Shown: in pieces, positions 1 to 12,739 of the stretch | Numbering within the stretch: the stretch's first letter is position 1 | Layout of the letters: the number at the start of each line of letters is the position of its first letter | Assembly: GCF_009914755.1 (NCBI RefSeq) | Contig: NC_060938.1 | From: the human T2T-CHM13v2.0 reference genome, Homo sapiens | Direction: 5' to 3' (one strand) | Length of the DNA: 64,000 nucleotides | The notes under the pieces: model-generated | The model's database searches: none | Told to the model about the DNA's origin: nothing | What the model saw: only the letters and a program-made list of their open reading frames with translations | Program-made: the position numbers and the translations under genes

Positions 1-120
1 TCATTATAGATTGTATATGTGTATCTATCACAATATCATTCTGTACCCTATGAACATGAACAATTATTATGTGCCAAAAATAATTTAAACAATGGGATTT
101 ACAAAAAAAGAAGGAAAAAA
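1..120 (+). mobile_element. L1 3' terminal fragment (L1MA-like) with degraded A-rich tail
   Basis: TCACAATATCATTCTGTACCCTATGAACATGAACAATTATTATGTG resembles L1MA 3' ends; followed by an A-rich run. Confidence 0.5.
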
Positions 121-1749
121 GTATTCCTCCTAACTTCATGACTCTAGCAGTGAAGAAAGACAAGGAAGAACATGTATAATCCTACAAGCAGGCTCTGCAG
201 TGTGGGGAGTGAGGGCGGTGTCAGCCGTGAAAATGGTGGACCCCTTCCATGAAGAGCTTTTAATTTTGCAATTAATAGAATGTCTGTTTTATTTTGCACC
301 AAATTTAAGCTTACAATGCTACCCCCACTTGAACTTTAACCAATAAGAGGAAAATGAGCACTGGCCTGGGGTCCAGGGGATGGGAGAATGAGAAGAGCAC
401 GTGTTTTTAAAATTCATCATTCATTAGTTCATGTTTATAGGCTGAAAGCTTCTCTTCCAACCTCAAAGGTCAACAGTGTAATAATGCTCTTTATTACCAT
501 GATTATGATAAATAGTTACCTTTTGCCACTTTGACTGTGCCACTTTGAAAAATTACTTTTGAAAATAGTTTTTCTTCAGTCCTCCCCTCTCCCCCACCCC
601 CTGAGAGTGGCGAAAGGGAATTACTGGTGTTGAATCATGCAGGGACTCGGAGGATACAGAAGTGGGTGGGCACAGGCCACACACAGTGCGCATGTCTGGG
701 AGAGGGGTTAGTGAAGAGCAAGACAATATCAATGGTTTCCTTTCCTGCAGTGGGAAAGTGATTGGATTTCAATTTGGAGGCTTTGGGGTTGAGTCTGGAG
801 TTCAGTAAAGCTGCTTGTAGAATGCGAGTGACAAATCCTTTTTGTGTGTTCATGTAAAGTATATATGTGTTGGGTTTTTTCAAGGACCCCAGAGATAACA
901 TAACTTGAATCCATGACATGGAGTTGGTCAAGTGTTAGGGAGAAGTGCAGCCGGGTTCTACAGCATAAATGGGAACTTAAGTTGGTAAAATAGTCTAGAT
1001 TTTAGATTTAGCAACTTGTGTATTTTTTATTAAGCTTGAGAGAGCAATGAAGGGACTGACAAGAGTAAAAGAGGTTTTGGGAAACAACTTCTTTAAGATG
1101 TTCCTCAAGAAGGGTGTGTGAAACACCTTGTAATTGGTAGAGTTTGGGGAAAATCAGAAACATGAGGATAATACCTAAAAATGGAATGCCTCCTGGGCAT
1201 GGGACCTGGACAATTTATAAGAGGAATATTATATTTTTAATGTTAATGAAACAATCTTGGATTAGAATGTAACTTCCTGTAATGTAATTAGGCAAATACG
1301 CTGCTGCCCTGCTAACAAGAAGGCATATTTCACTTTAGGCAGTTGTTAAGTTCTAGCCATGCTAGAATTTTTCTTACCTGATTTTGTCATTGAATGAGCA
1401 GAGAGATATCTTATACTCAGTGTTTCAACCTTGATGGTGCCATTCAAGTATGAACTACGATAAACTATCATAGTTGGCTAATTTATAAAGTGTTATATAC
1501 CAGGACGATCTCCCAGACATAGTTGAGATTTAGGTGTTTGAAAGACACTCTGTAATACTTACAATCAAAATGAAAACCTCTCAACCACCTTTTTCTTCTG
1601 TTACTCACGGATTGATTCTCACGAATACCCAGTGTTTTCTTCTTACCTTATCTCTATCCTTAATAGAAATGAGTAATATTTTGACTTGAAAGATGCTGGG
1701 TGTTCCAACCAGATAAAAAGCACCAGCAAAGACACAGAGGGCTGGAGAT

Positions 1750-2210
1750 TTAGGGGTGGTAGAGTTGCCCAGAGGTGTCTGGACATGCAGTGTGATGTTT
1801 TAGCAGGGACTCTAGGGTGAGAGGAGAGGTTGAAAGAGAACATTGTAAGATGGAACCAAAAGATAGATTGGGGTTAAATCGTAAGGACCATTACAATCTG
1901 TGATCGGTGATTTCAAAAAGTGACTCTGGTGGCAGTGTGGAAGCAGGATTAAAGTGGACTAAGTACAGTGAGGTCAGAAAACCAATTATGTTGTCACCTG
2001 ATGAGAGATGATGAGGCAGACTCTGTCCATGTCTGCAGGAAGGGAAAAAGACAGTTATTTCCTGAGCAGAGTTGAAAGGATTTAGTGCAAGACAGATGAG
2101 ATGGTGGAGGGAAAAGTGCAAATCAAAGGTGACCCAAGCTCAGGTGGCCGGGGAGATGACCTGGTGGTTCATAGTGAAGTGGGGAACTTCAACTTCCAGA
2201 GCTGTGCAGT
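1750..2210 (-). mobile_element. L2 fragment (further pieces ~2630-2860 and ~3740-3990)
   Basis: Degenerate antisense L2-like wording (AAAAAGTGACTCTGGTGGCAGTGTGGAAG, GATTTAGTGCAAGACAGATGAG), interrupted by younger LTRs. Confidence 0.5.
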
Positions 2211-2224
2211 GCAGCTCAGGGTGG

Positions 2225-2623
2225 GTGTGTTAGGCTGCCATAACGAAGTACCACAAATTGGCGTCAGGGGGTTCTGGAGGCTATAAGTCCATGACAAAAG
2301 TGTCAACATAGTTGGCTCCTTCCAAGGGCACTAAGGAAGGTTCTGTTCTAGGCCTGACTCCTAGCCTCTGGAAGTTCCTTGGCTTGTGGTAGCATAACTC
2401 TAAGCTTCACATGGTGTTCCCCTGCATGTGTGTCTGTGTACAAATTTTTCCTTTTTATAAGCACACCAGTCATACTGGATTAGGGGTTCACTCTATCCTG
2501 TGTGATCTCATCTTAACTAGTTAGATTTGCAACAACCTGTTTCAAAATAAGGCCACATTCTGAGATGCTGGGGGTTAAAACTTCAGCATATGAAGTATTT
2601 GGGGGCACACATTTAAATTCAAC
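2225..2623 (-). mobile_element. MaLR solo LTR (MLT1B/C-like)
   Basis: TTAGGCTGCCATAACGAAGTACCACAAATTGG start; TTCTGGAGGCTATAAGTCC; CACCAGTCATACTGGATTAGGG; GGCCACATTCTGAGATGCTGGGGGTTA. Confidence 0.75.
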
Positions 2624-2863
2624 AGGGGTATGTGAAGTGATAACAATTAATTGGATGTGCTAAGTTTTAGGTTCCTGTGGGCCCAGCATCAGCTGGCTGA
2701 TAGATACGGGGATATGAACTGTGTGCATAGATTTGGTCATCATCTACATATAGGGAACACTCATCTATTGAAGAATTGTCCATGGATTATTTCATAGCTG
2801 TGGGAGAGGAAGCATTTGCCTGAGGAAGAAGAAATAGAGGAGGAACATAAATTCATTGAGTAC

Positions 2864-3643
<780 letters not shown>

Positions 3644-4337
3644 CAACCTGCCTATGATCGGGCTTTCTGTTCAGTGCTTAGATATCTGAACTCTCACTTG
3701 ATCCTCATGGGGACCTCGTGAGGGAAGGTTTGAGTGGAAACTGAGGCCTGGGATTACATAACAGGTGGACGGTAAAACTGGGATTCGCATCCAGATGTTT
3801 TTGATTTTAGCGAAAGATGCCGCCTCTTCCTGTGGAGAGAGTATAGGATGAGAAAGAAAAGGGCTGGGTAGAAAACCCTGGAGGAACTTGTGTGCTTAAG
3901 GGGCAAGCAATGGGAGACAGTGAAGCGGAAGAGAGAAACGAGAACTAGAAAACACAGCCACTGGAAATCCAAAATAGAGTTTCAAGAGCAGGGGGAGAGC
4001 AACGGTATTAACCATTTTAGACAGGCTAAGGACCTAGAAGTATCTCTTTGCTTTAGTGCCCTCTCTGCTCTTTGAGCATCCATTTGATTAAGAAGTGAAA
4101 TTATAACAAATTTTCGTCCACAGTGATTACAGGCAACAGATTCACTATAAAATAAAAAAGAGAATTACTGTCAATTTTATTCCAAGCTCACCACAGTCAA
4201 TGTGCTCGTGGGGGAGAAACACCAATTCTGATAAATTGTTCTATCCGTGTATGTACATTGACCTAGTGATGGCTTTGGAGGCAGATTTTCTTCTTAAGTT
4301 CTGAGCATTGGGACCTGTTGCCAAGGTTGTGGGCACA

Positions 4338-4385
4338 GTGTATATGTGTGTGTGTGTGTGTGCGCGCGCGCACGTGTGCACGCGC
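4338..4385. repeat. 48-bp perfect alternating purine-pyrimidine tract, (TG)n(CG)n
   Basis: GTGTATATGTGTG...TGCGCGCGCGCACGTGTGCACGCGC read directly. Confidence 0.9.
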
Positions 4386-5808
4386 TGTTGTGTGTCTGTT
4401 AAGAAATGCTTTGCTTTGTATAAGCATGGCATACAAGCTAGCAGGGAAATCTAATGAGGATATTTTAAAGGCTGGGTTAAGGCATTTGAGGACATGTGAG
4501 GCTATTCGGTGATAAATAAGCACTTCCTGACTTGTTGCCCATACCTGCTTTATATTCACTTCAAAGAAGCAAATTTTCATTAAAAACAAAGCAGTTAAAA
4601 TGTCAAGGTGCCCATTCTCTTTTTTCAGATTCTCCTTTTTTACATGACAAAATAAGTGGATTGAGGGAAGCATAAACTGCAGCTAAATAAAGGCTTTTCT
4701 TGGCATTCCTTGGAGAAATCAAATCCAAGACCAGTGGTGAAAGGTGATTGTACTATATCCACTACACAGACTATTTCTTCTAATTATCAGCATGAATGTA
4801 ATTACTTACAAGCATCTCAGGCTTCTATGATCATGTCCCTTAGAGCATTTCATCTTTAATGATTTTCCTTGATAGAAAGCCAGTTGGAAGCATTTGTTGC
4901 ATAACATTGCTCAACCAGAAAGAAAAATACGTACTTCTCAAAAGAAAGATCTGTATGCTTTCTTCTCAATGGTACTTATATTCTGCCAGAATTTGATTAG
5001 GAGCTATCTTGGCACAAAGATTGCTAATGACCGAGTCAAATAACTTATATAGATTAAACAATTTCTTGGAAAAAAGTACAATGTAGTATGACATCCCTTT
5101 TCCAAGAATATTGAATTTCAGAATTGTAACCACTTAAGGTGAACTGTTAAATTCTCTAACTTCTGGGGGCAGAGAGTATGGGAAGAACAGCTTCCTGAGG
5201 GAATTTGTAGATTCTCAGGTGAGATAGTTTCAACGGAAGAAATTTCTGGGCCTGGGGTGAGACTAAAGTATAGACTTATACGATAGATTAAGAGTTTTAA
5301 AGCAATGTGGGATGTGAGAGGTTACCTAGACTCCCTCCTTCAAGAAATGAACGATCTATCCAGAGAAATTACAGTCCAAGTGCTTAGTAATTTGCCCCTT
5401 GTCGCACAGTTTGTTGGTGTTAGAGTCACACTAGTTGCCAGACCTCAAATTCCTTCCCAATTATTTTCATTGTCACTTTTTTCCCTAGGATTTAAACAAA
5501 AAATTACAAAAGACTTCGTTTATCTGGTATTGTTGAGAAACACGTTTTAAATGTTTTATATCAGCTTTCTGGATAGCTAAAGTTTACCCCTTAAAGCGTC
5601 CCTTTAACGTTTTTAATGAAACTGGTCTTCTTAAAGAGTATGCTGAACGTAGCTTTTCTTTGAGGAAGTAGTGTCGTTAGTATGAGCATCAGTTATTTTG
5701 CCATGATTGCATGGAATCCACAGTTGCCCTCTGGAGTAATTGAGGTGAAAGGACGATTGCTATTCAGTGGCCATTCAGTTGCTCAGCTGTGTTTTATTTT
5801 GATGTCTC

Positions 5809-5810
<2 letters not shown>

Positions 5811-5844
<34 letters not shown>
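5811..5844. repeat. (TG)17 microsatellite
   Basis: Read directly. Confidence 0.95.
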
Positions 5845-5847
<3 letters not shown>

Positions 5848-6052
5848 ACATTTAGTTTTATTGTAACAAAGCAACTTGTACATTTCCTTTCCAGTGAAAC
5901 AAAAAGAAAATTTAAAAATAAACAGGAACAAAATTATAATAGAGAATGTCAATTCCAAATAAGATCCTACAGGTTCTGCTGATTCTCCCATTGAGTGGCA
6001 GGGCTCAAGTCATCATTAGGAGAATTCTAGCTTCTTTCCTCCTTTCTCTGTA
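5811..6052 (-). pseudogene. 5'-truncated processed mRNA 3'-UTR fragment (probably HNRNPH3-derived) with (CA)n tail
   Basis: Perfect 16-bp TSD TATTTTGATGTCTCTT at 5795-5810 and 6053-6068; minus-strand AATAAA shortly before the tail. The parent gene is recalled from the 3'UTR text and is unverified. Confidence 0.7.
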
Positions 6053-6199
6053 TATTTTGATGTCTCTTATCACCATTTTGCTACCTAGCAGGCCCTTCTC
6101 CCTCCACTCTCCAGCATGCTCTCCTAGCTGCTGGTGCTGCCTCTTGCTGAAGGTGACTGGAAGACTCGCTTGCGGGATCACTATGTGGTTAAGGATTTT

Positions 6200-7090
6200 T
6201 TTTAATTTAATTTTTTTTAAGTTTTTATTTCCATAGGTTTTTGGGGAACAGGTGGTATTTGGTTATGTAAGTTCTTTAGTGGTAATTTGTGAGATTTTGG
6301 TGCACCCATCATCCAAGCAGTATACATTGAACCCAATTTGTAGTCTTTTATCCCTCACCCCCTTCCCACCCTTTCCACACCAACTGAGTTCCCAAAGTTC
6401 ATCGAATCATTCTTATGCCTTTGCAACCCATAGCTTAGCTCCCACTTATGAGTGAGAACATATGATATTTGGTTTTCCATTCCTGAGTTACTTCACTTAG
6501 AATAATGGTCTCCAATCCCATCCAGGTTGCTGCGAATGCCATTAATTCATTCCTTTCTATGCCTGAGCAGTATTCCATCATATATATATATTCCATCATA
6601 TATATATATTCCATCATATATATATATATATTCCATCATATATATATATATATATTCCATCATATATATATATTCCATCATATATATATATAGATAGATA
6701 TATCTATATCCATATATATATATAGATAGATATATCTATATCTATATATATATCCTAATTTCTTTATCCACTCATTGATTGATGGGCATTTGGGCTGGTT
6801 TCACATTTTCTCAATTGCGAATTGTGCTGCTATAAACATGCATGTGCAAATATCCTTTTCGTATAATGACTTCTTTCCTCTGGGTAGATATCCAGTAGTG
6901 GGATTGCTGGATCAAACAGTAGTTCTACTTTTAGTTCTTTAAGGAATCTCCACACTGTTTTCCATAGTTGTACTAGTTTACATCCCCACCAGCAGTGTAG
7001 AAGTGTTCTCTTTTCACCACATCCCTGATAACATCTATTATTTTTCAATTTTTTTTGATAATGGCCATTCTTGGGGGAGTAAGGTGGGCA
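6200..7090 (-). mobile_element. L1PB1-like 3' end, 5'-truncated
   Basis: TTTATTTCCATAGGTTTTTGGGGAACAGGTGG terminus; ORF2 C-terminal remnant ([25 protein letters not shown]); candidate TSD GTTAAGGATTTT 6188-6199 / GTTAATGATTTT 7091-7102. Confidence 0.85.
6570..6752. repeat. Compound tandem repeat [TATTCCATCA(TA)n] plus (TA)/(GATA) arrays inside the L1
   Basis: TTCCATCATATATA units read directly. Confidence 0.9.
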
Positions 7091-7292
7091 GTTAATGATT
7101 TTAGCTTTCTTTTTGCTTGAAAACTGAGTCTAATAAAATTAAATACCTTTTGTAATCTCTATAACCTTGATTTAATTGTTGAAAACAGGACGCTTACATA
7201 GGGGTTTCTTGTTTCCCTAAGTAACTCCTGATTGCTGACTCAGTAGCTCTCCTGCCTGCAGACTGTCTCTTGTTCCTGGGAGATGTTTTGGG

Positions 7293-7421
7293 GGTGATTC
7301 TTAAACTTCAGGAGGCATCAGATTCACCTGGAGGCTTGTTAAGTGGCAGATTGCTGGGTCTCACAGAGCTTCAGATTCAGTAGGTCTAGGATGGGCCTCG
7401 GGATTTGCATTCTTAACAAGT
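7293..7421 (+). mobile_element. MER5A hAT DNA transposon, left part (right part 10524-10575)
   Basis: GCATCAGATTCACCTGGAGGCTTGTTAAG...TTTGCATTCTTAACAAGT; resumes after the ERV with GGGACCATAATTTTGAGAGTCACTG. Confidence 0.85.
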
Positions 7422-7993
7422 TGTCAGATCCCAGGGTCCGGGTCCAGCCCATGCTGAAGTCCGAAGGAATGGGTGGATGGGCAGAAAGAACACTTGGGGG
7501 CCCGTAGGCAGGTGAAATGTAGTTTTATTCAGCAGCTTTCTCATCCATAGTTTTCTCACTGTCCGCCCTGTCTCGGCTGCTTGAGCTGGCCACCCCCACA
7601 CACAGGCTGACTCTCCCTTGCCTTCAGGGTCAGCAGCTTAACCCTTTCTCTCTCTGGGCATGAGCAAGCTGAGCTATATCCTGGCTCCCTCCTGTCTGTC
7701 TGCAAAGACAGACAGCTCTGGCACTCTCTCTCTCTCTCTGGGTGCCAGCGTGCCTGCCATGTTAAGCCATGTTGAGCCAAGTCGAGCCAAGCCACCAAGA
7801 GTCCCTGTACAGCGTCAGCAGGACAGTTACACCTTTTACAGATAATAGTTGCGTAGGGTCAAATATGAACTTACACAAACAGGTTATATACCAAGTGGAG
7901 GTGTGTGCTTACGTGCCAAACTCACTGAATCATGCAGGCCTGGATATCTGCCTCAGCCTATTCCTTGACCAAGGCACATCCGTGTACCTAATA
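7422..7993 (-). repeat. 3' LTR (LTR18-like)
   Basis: Direct repeat of 9951-10523, roughly 10% diverged by eye; preceded on the minus strand by purine-rich GGGGGCTAGAG (PPT-like). Confidence 0.88.
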
Positions 7994-9930
7994 CTCTAGC
8001 CCCCAGGCCGAGGGAGACATAGGTTTTGGATACACAGGTTTGACACATACGCTTTGGGCATGCAGGCCTGGTATACATAAGCCTCGATAAACTGCCCAGC
8101 TATCGGCGCAGATTACCACAGGTGTCACCCTTTTGGTGATTATTATTCACACTGTCCTGAGTTTAGCTCATTAGCTACTCTGTTTACACCTGGTTTCAAA
8201 CTGTATGGCGTCAATACAAGGCTGGACTGCGACAACAGTCCAGGCAGCAGTAGCACCCCAGCTAGACCTATCTGTATATTATGCCCTGTTAGGAATGGGG
8301 GCTGCCCTTCCTAACAGTGGAGGCTCAGGATCTAGGGGTGCTTCAGGTCCCATGGCCTTATCTTGCATTAGGACTGCAGGCCCCAAAACCTCTTGTAAAT
8401 CTGCTCAGGGACTTGTACTCAGTGTACTTCACTGTTCTAAGTAGGTGCCCCACTTCACTAAAGTGGATGTCTGCACTCTGGGGGTTGTTACCCACGAACA
8501 CACCCATCCTGCTACCGGGTAAGTTGTCTGCACAATGACTGTAACCATCCTGACATGCTTTTATGAGCCTGAAGGGCAGCATATGCAGTTACTAACTGCT
8601 TTCCCAGTCTTGGGGGTGGTTATCCATGAATGCACCCATCCCGCTATTACTAACTGCTTCTCTGTTAATGGACACTGGACCTCAACTCCCTTCCATAGTT
8701 GGGACCAAAAGCCTACTAGCATACTCAGGCACTCTGTGCACTGCTATAGGCCTTAACTGTAATTATCTGTGGTCGTATGCACATCTAGCTTAAATGGGCA
8801 CCTCTGGTTGACTACTCATAGGATCTGTACCTGCTGAATAGCCTGCTTGGCTACCAGGAAGGCCGTCTCAGCTGCATTATCCCAATCCCAGGCAAGAGGG
8901 GTGCTGCCTCTTCTAAACCTGCAAGCAAATCAGAGGTTAATATAATATCATCAACAAAACCATGATATATGATGGGGCTATGCAAGCCCTGCAGCAACAC
9001 TGAGAAAGCCCGTTGTCATCTTCCCACGAAGGCAAACTCTTTCTGGCTCTCAGTGGACTGTCCCGGTTCCATTGTCCAGGGGTCCATGAAGTCTGTGACG
9101 GCACAGCTGCCAAGCCGTGCAAAACATCCACCCCCAGAATGTCCTTAGGCATGGGAGAGACATACACAGTGCATAAGTGGAGAGCTCAGTGGCCAATGCC
9201 AAGATGCCAAGATGCAGTTTCACTTTCACTGACCGGTCTTCATAGCCGTCAATAAATGCAGCTCTGCCCGGAAACTTACCCGGGTGCAGGAACCAGTGGA
9301 TTGCCAAGTCCACAGGTGGCTGTGGTCATCCAGTGCTCCCCATAAGCCGGGTATCTTGGCCAGTTTCTTATCAAACAGAAAAGGCTTTGCACTTCCACCA
9401 ACTGCAGCAGGTACTCTTTGAACTGGAATGGTCCGGCGGGACCGGGCAGCACAGCAGTGTCCTCCTCCTGAATGACTTGGACTAAATCTTTACATGACTG
9501 CAGACATCATTTGCTTAACGGGGGCACAGGCACCATAGGAAATGTATTCCACCATGACGGGGGGTCTCTGGGCCCACCCTTGGGGCCCAACAGCTGCTCA
9601 TGCTCTATTTTCTGGTGGATCACTGGGCGGGCCTGCAATGAAGGTTCTTCCTCCTCCCTGCGCTGCATCCTGCAGGGACTGGGCATGCAGTTCCCACAGC
9701 ACAGTCACAAATGCCCCCCTGACTCTGCTGGTAAAGGCATGCTGCTTCTCAGTGCTGTGCACTTCCAGGTGCTTCAGCGCCTTCTCCACACTTGCGGGGC
9801 ATATGTCCACTGCCTCCCGTGTTTCCACTAGGGCTCATCCAAGCAGCACGGCTGCCACTGGGTACCACAGCCCATGCTGCGGCCACATAGCTGACCCGGG
9901 AGCCCTGGAGGCTGAAGACCCACTCACTTC

Positions 9931-9948
9931 ATCCCATCCTCATCGCCA
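9931..9948 (-). other. Primer-binding site complementary to the tRNA-Ser(GCU) 3' end
   Basis: Minus-strand TGGCGATGAGGATGGGAT, 2 nt after the 5' LTR; one CpG-type mismatch to the tRNA 3' end ATCCCATCCTCGTCGCCA. Confidence 0.85.
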
Positions 9949-9950
9949 AT

Positions 9951-10523
9951 TGTCAGATCCCAGGGTCTGGGTCCAGCCCATGCTGAAGTCTGAGGGAGTA
10001 GGTGGATGGGCAGCAAGAACACTTAGGGGGCTGTAGGGAGGTGAAATGTAGTTTTATCCAGAAGCTGTCTCATCAACAGTTTTCTCACCGTCCGCCCTGT
10101 CTCGGCTGCTTGAGCTGGCCACCTCCATGCACAGCTGTGTGGCCAGCTCCCCCTGGCCTTCAGGGTCAGCAGCTTAACTCTTTCTCTCTGTGCATGAGCG
10201 AGTCGAGCTGTGTCCTGGCTCCCTTCTGTCTGTCTGCAAAGATGGACAGCTCTGGCTCACTCTCTCTCTGGGCATCAGCAGGCCTACCATGTTAAGCCAT
10301 ATTGAGCTGAGTCGAGCCAAGCCCCCAAGAACCCCTGTACAGCATCAGAAGGACAGTTATACCTTTTACAGACAATAGTGGCATAGAGCCAAGTATGAAC
10401 TTACACAAACAGGTTTTATAACAAGTTGAGGTGTGCGCTTACGTGCCAAACTCACTGAGTCAAGCAGGCCTGGATATCTGCCTCGGCCTATTCCTTGACT
10501 AAAGCACATCCATGTACCTTACA
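9951..10523 (-). repeat. 5' LTR (LTR18-like)
   Basis: Minus strand starts TGTAAGGTACATGGATGTGC and ends GGATCTGACA; AP-1 site TGAGTCA at 10456-10462. Confidence 0.88.
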
Positions 10524-11329
10524 CAAGTTATAGGACATGTTGCTGGGCTTGGGACCATAATTTTGAGAGTCACTGAGAAAGTCATCATTCTCCATTACTC
10601 TCCAGAAAGAAAGTAACAATCAAGATGGACTGAGACTCTCTGGGCCTCCAGGCATCTATTACCAGAGGACATTGTCCAGAGCCACCTGTGTGTCCGTGGG
10701 GGCTGCTGTGTGGGACTCTGGTCAGTGGCTTCTCATATTGGAGAATAAAGAGTCTGCACTCATGTTATTGTTAATAAGTTCCTACCCTTTGACTTGAGAG
10801 TCATAAAAAGCTACACTATTACTGGTGTCTTTGGTAGCAGATGGGCTTTATTCTTGCTTTCCTATTCCAGAACATTTGTTATTTAACTGGATTTCTTACA
10901 TACACATCTCTGGGGTTTCTTAATAACTTTCAAAATCAAAGCATGATAAACCCTTTAGCATTCACTTTAATATCCTCAGTCACAGAGAACTTGAGTATCT
11001 GGCTCACAGGCCTCTTTTCAACTCCCGCTATGTTGATCTTGGTCTTTGTTCTCCCTCACCTGCATGTGCATGTAAATGTGTGCATACATACACAAGTACA
11101 CATGCATGCATATTCCACATAGAAATTTAGGCTGAGGACATCATCCTCAGGAACTTTAATATCCATATCATTGACTCTGCCAACCTCTTGAAGCATTGCC
11201 CCTAACCCTCTGTCTGCAGTTAAGAGGTCATGACTACATAAACAGTGACATTTGCCTCTTGACCTCCCCACCCCTAACCTTCCTGCTTAACCCTGCCCCC
11301 TTTTAAACTTACTGAGCCTGTGCTAGGAG

Positions 11330-11510
11330 ACTGTGTGGCATAATAGAAAAAACAGGGGCTTTGGAGTTAAATGTGCACAGGTTTAAATCCTTTTCAGCCG
11401 TGTAACCTTGGGTTTTGATGTTCGTTGTGGAAGATAATACCTACATTACAAGGTTGTTGAGAGAGTTAAATTAGACAATGTATGTAAAGCACTTAGCACA
11501 TAGCAGATAA
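11330..11510 (+). mobile_element. MIR
   Basis: GGGCTTTGGAGTTAAA...TGTAACCTTGGG...ATGTATGTAAAGCACTTAGCACATAG. Confidence 0.75.
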
Positions 11511-12739
11511 TGAACTAATGATATTCATTACCCTCCCTACACTTCAGCTGCTCACAGGGTTAATCACACCTTGGGCCTCACCTGTCACGCAGATTTGCTC
11601 TGCCTCCAAGACCTTGAATCTGGAGTTTCTGTCTAGATCCAGAACATACCATTGCGGGGCAGGATGGCATGAGATGCTGGAATCACAGCAACAGGAGGAG
11701 AGGAAGATGGCAGAGATGCTAAGCCGCTGGGTAGCTAGCCTTTATATCTCACCTTATTGTAAAGTTAGGGGGTTGATTCAGAATCTCTAAGGCCCTCTCT
11801 ATCTCCAATATTATATTATTCTTCACCTCCAACTGAGTTTCCTCATTGCCATCACCATGACCTCCAGTTCTCTGTACTTTTGCAGCTCATTAGTTCTCTT
11901 CTCAGCAAACTTGCCTTCCATCAACCTTTCATTTAAGTCTTCTCTCTTCTATTTTTCTACCATAAATCATATGTTCTAGCCAAATGGAAATATCCTGGTT
12001 TATTTTTCTTCATGGTGTGCCTTTCTTTCTAATCTAATGTGTTATTTATTTTGCTTTCATATGTCTTCCTTACAAGGATGTAAGCTCATTGAAGGCAGAG
12101 ACTTTTACTCATTGCTGTACCCCTGAACCTAGACTAATGCCTGGACATAGAAGGTGTAAAAGAAATATTTGTTGAATGAATTCCCTGCCTTCCCATCATG
12201 CTTCCAAACGTGTGTTACTTAAGGTTACTCCAGTTTCTAATTAACATAGGGACAGGAAATACATTGGAAATGTAAGGATGATGGATCCTAATCCTCCTGA
12301 CTTGGAATCTAACCTGACCCTGCGTACCTTCCTTGGCAGTGACTGCCTGCCAGAGAGTACTTTGCTGCCAGTGGTAATGGTCCAAGTGTGTGCACCCATG
12401 ACAGTAGGTGTTGGACTGCTGGCCACCTTCCTGGGGCTTTTGTGCCACTAAGACACACACTCTCTCTCTCCTCATTGGGCTTGTTGCTGAGGTACCTTAG
12501 GCCCTGGAATATTCCCATTATAATGACATTAAGTTTTGTTCAGGTCAAATCAGCTGGCTCCAGTGATGGAAAGGCTAGGCAGGTGAGAACCAGGAGGAAA
12601 GAATCCTGGTTCCAAGTGAATGTCTGACATTTGACTGTGGACAGAGATTTCCCAATGTAAGCCTGAAGACAGGTTCTGCTCTCTGAGAGATTGCAATCTG
12701 GTTGAGAGACAAGATACACTACATAAAACCTTTTATTTT

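Larger units (their letters stand above)
7422..10523 (-). mobile_element. Internally deleted HERV-S/HERVL18-type provirus
   Basis: Two ~572-bp direct LTRs; 5-bp TSD CAAGT (7417-7421, 10524-10528); tRNA-Ser PBS; gag, protease (ILGVDVL) and RT (LLQGLHSP, FVDD) remnants on the minus strand. Confidence 0.9.
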
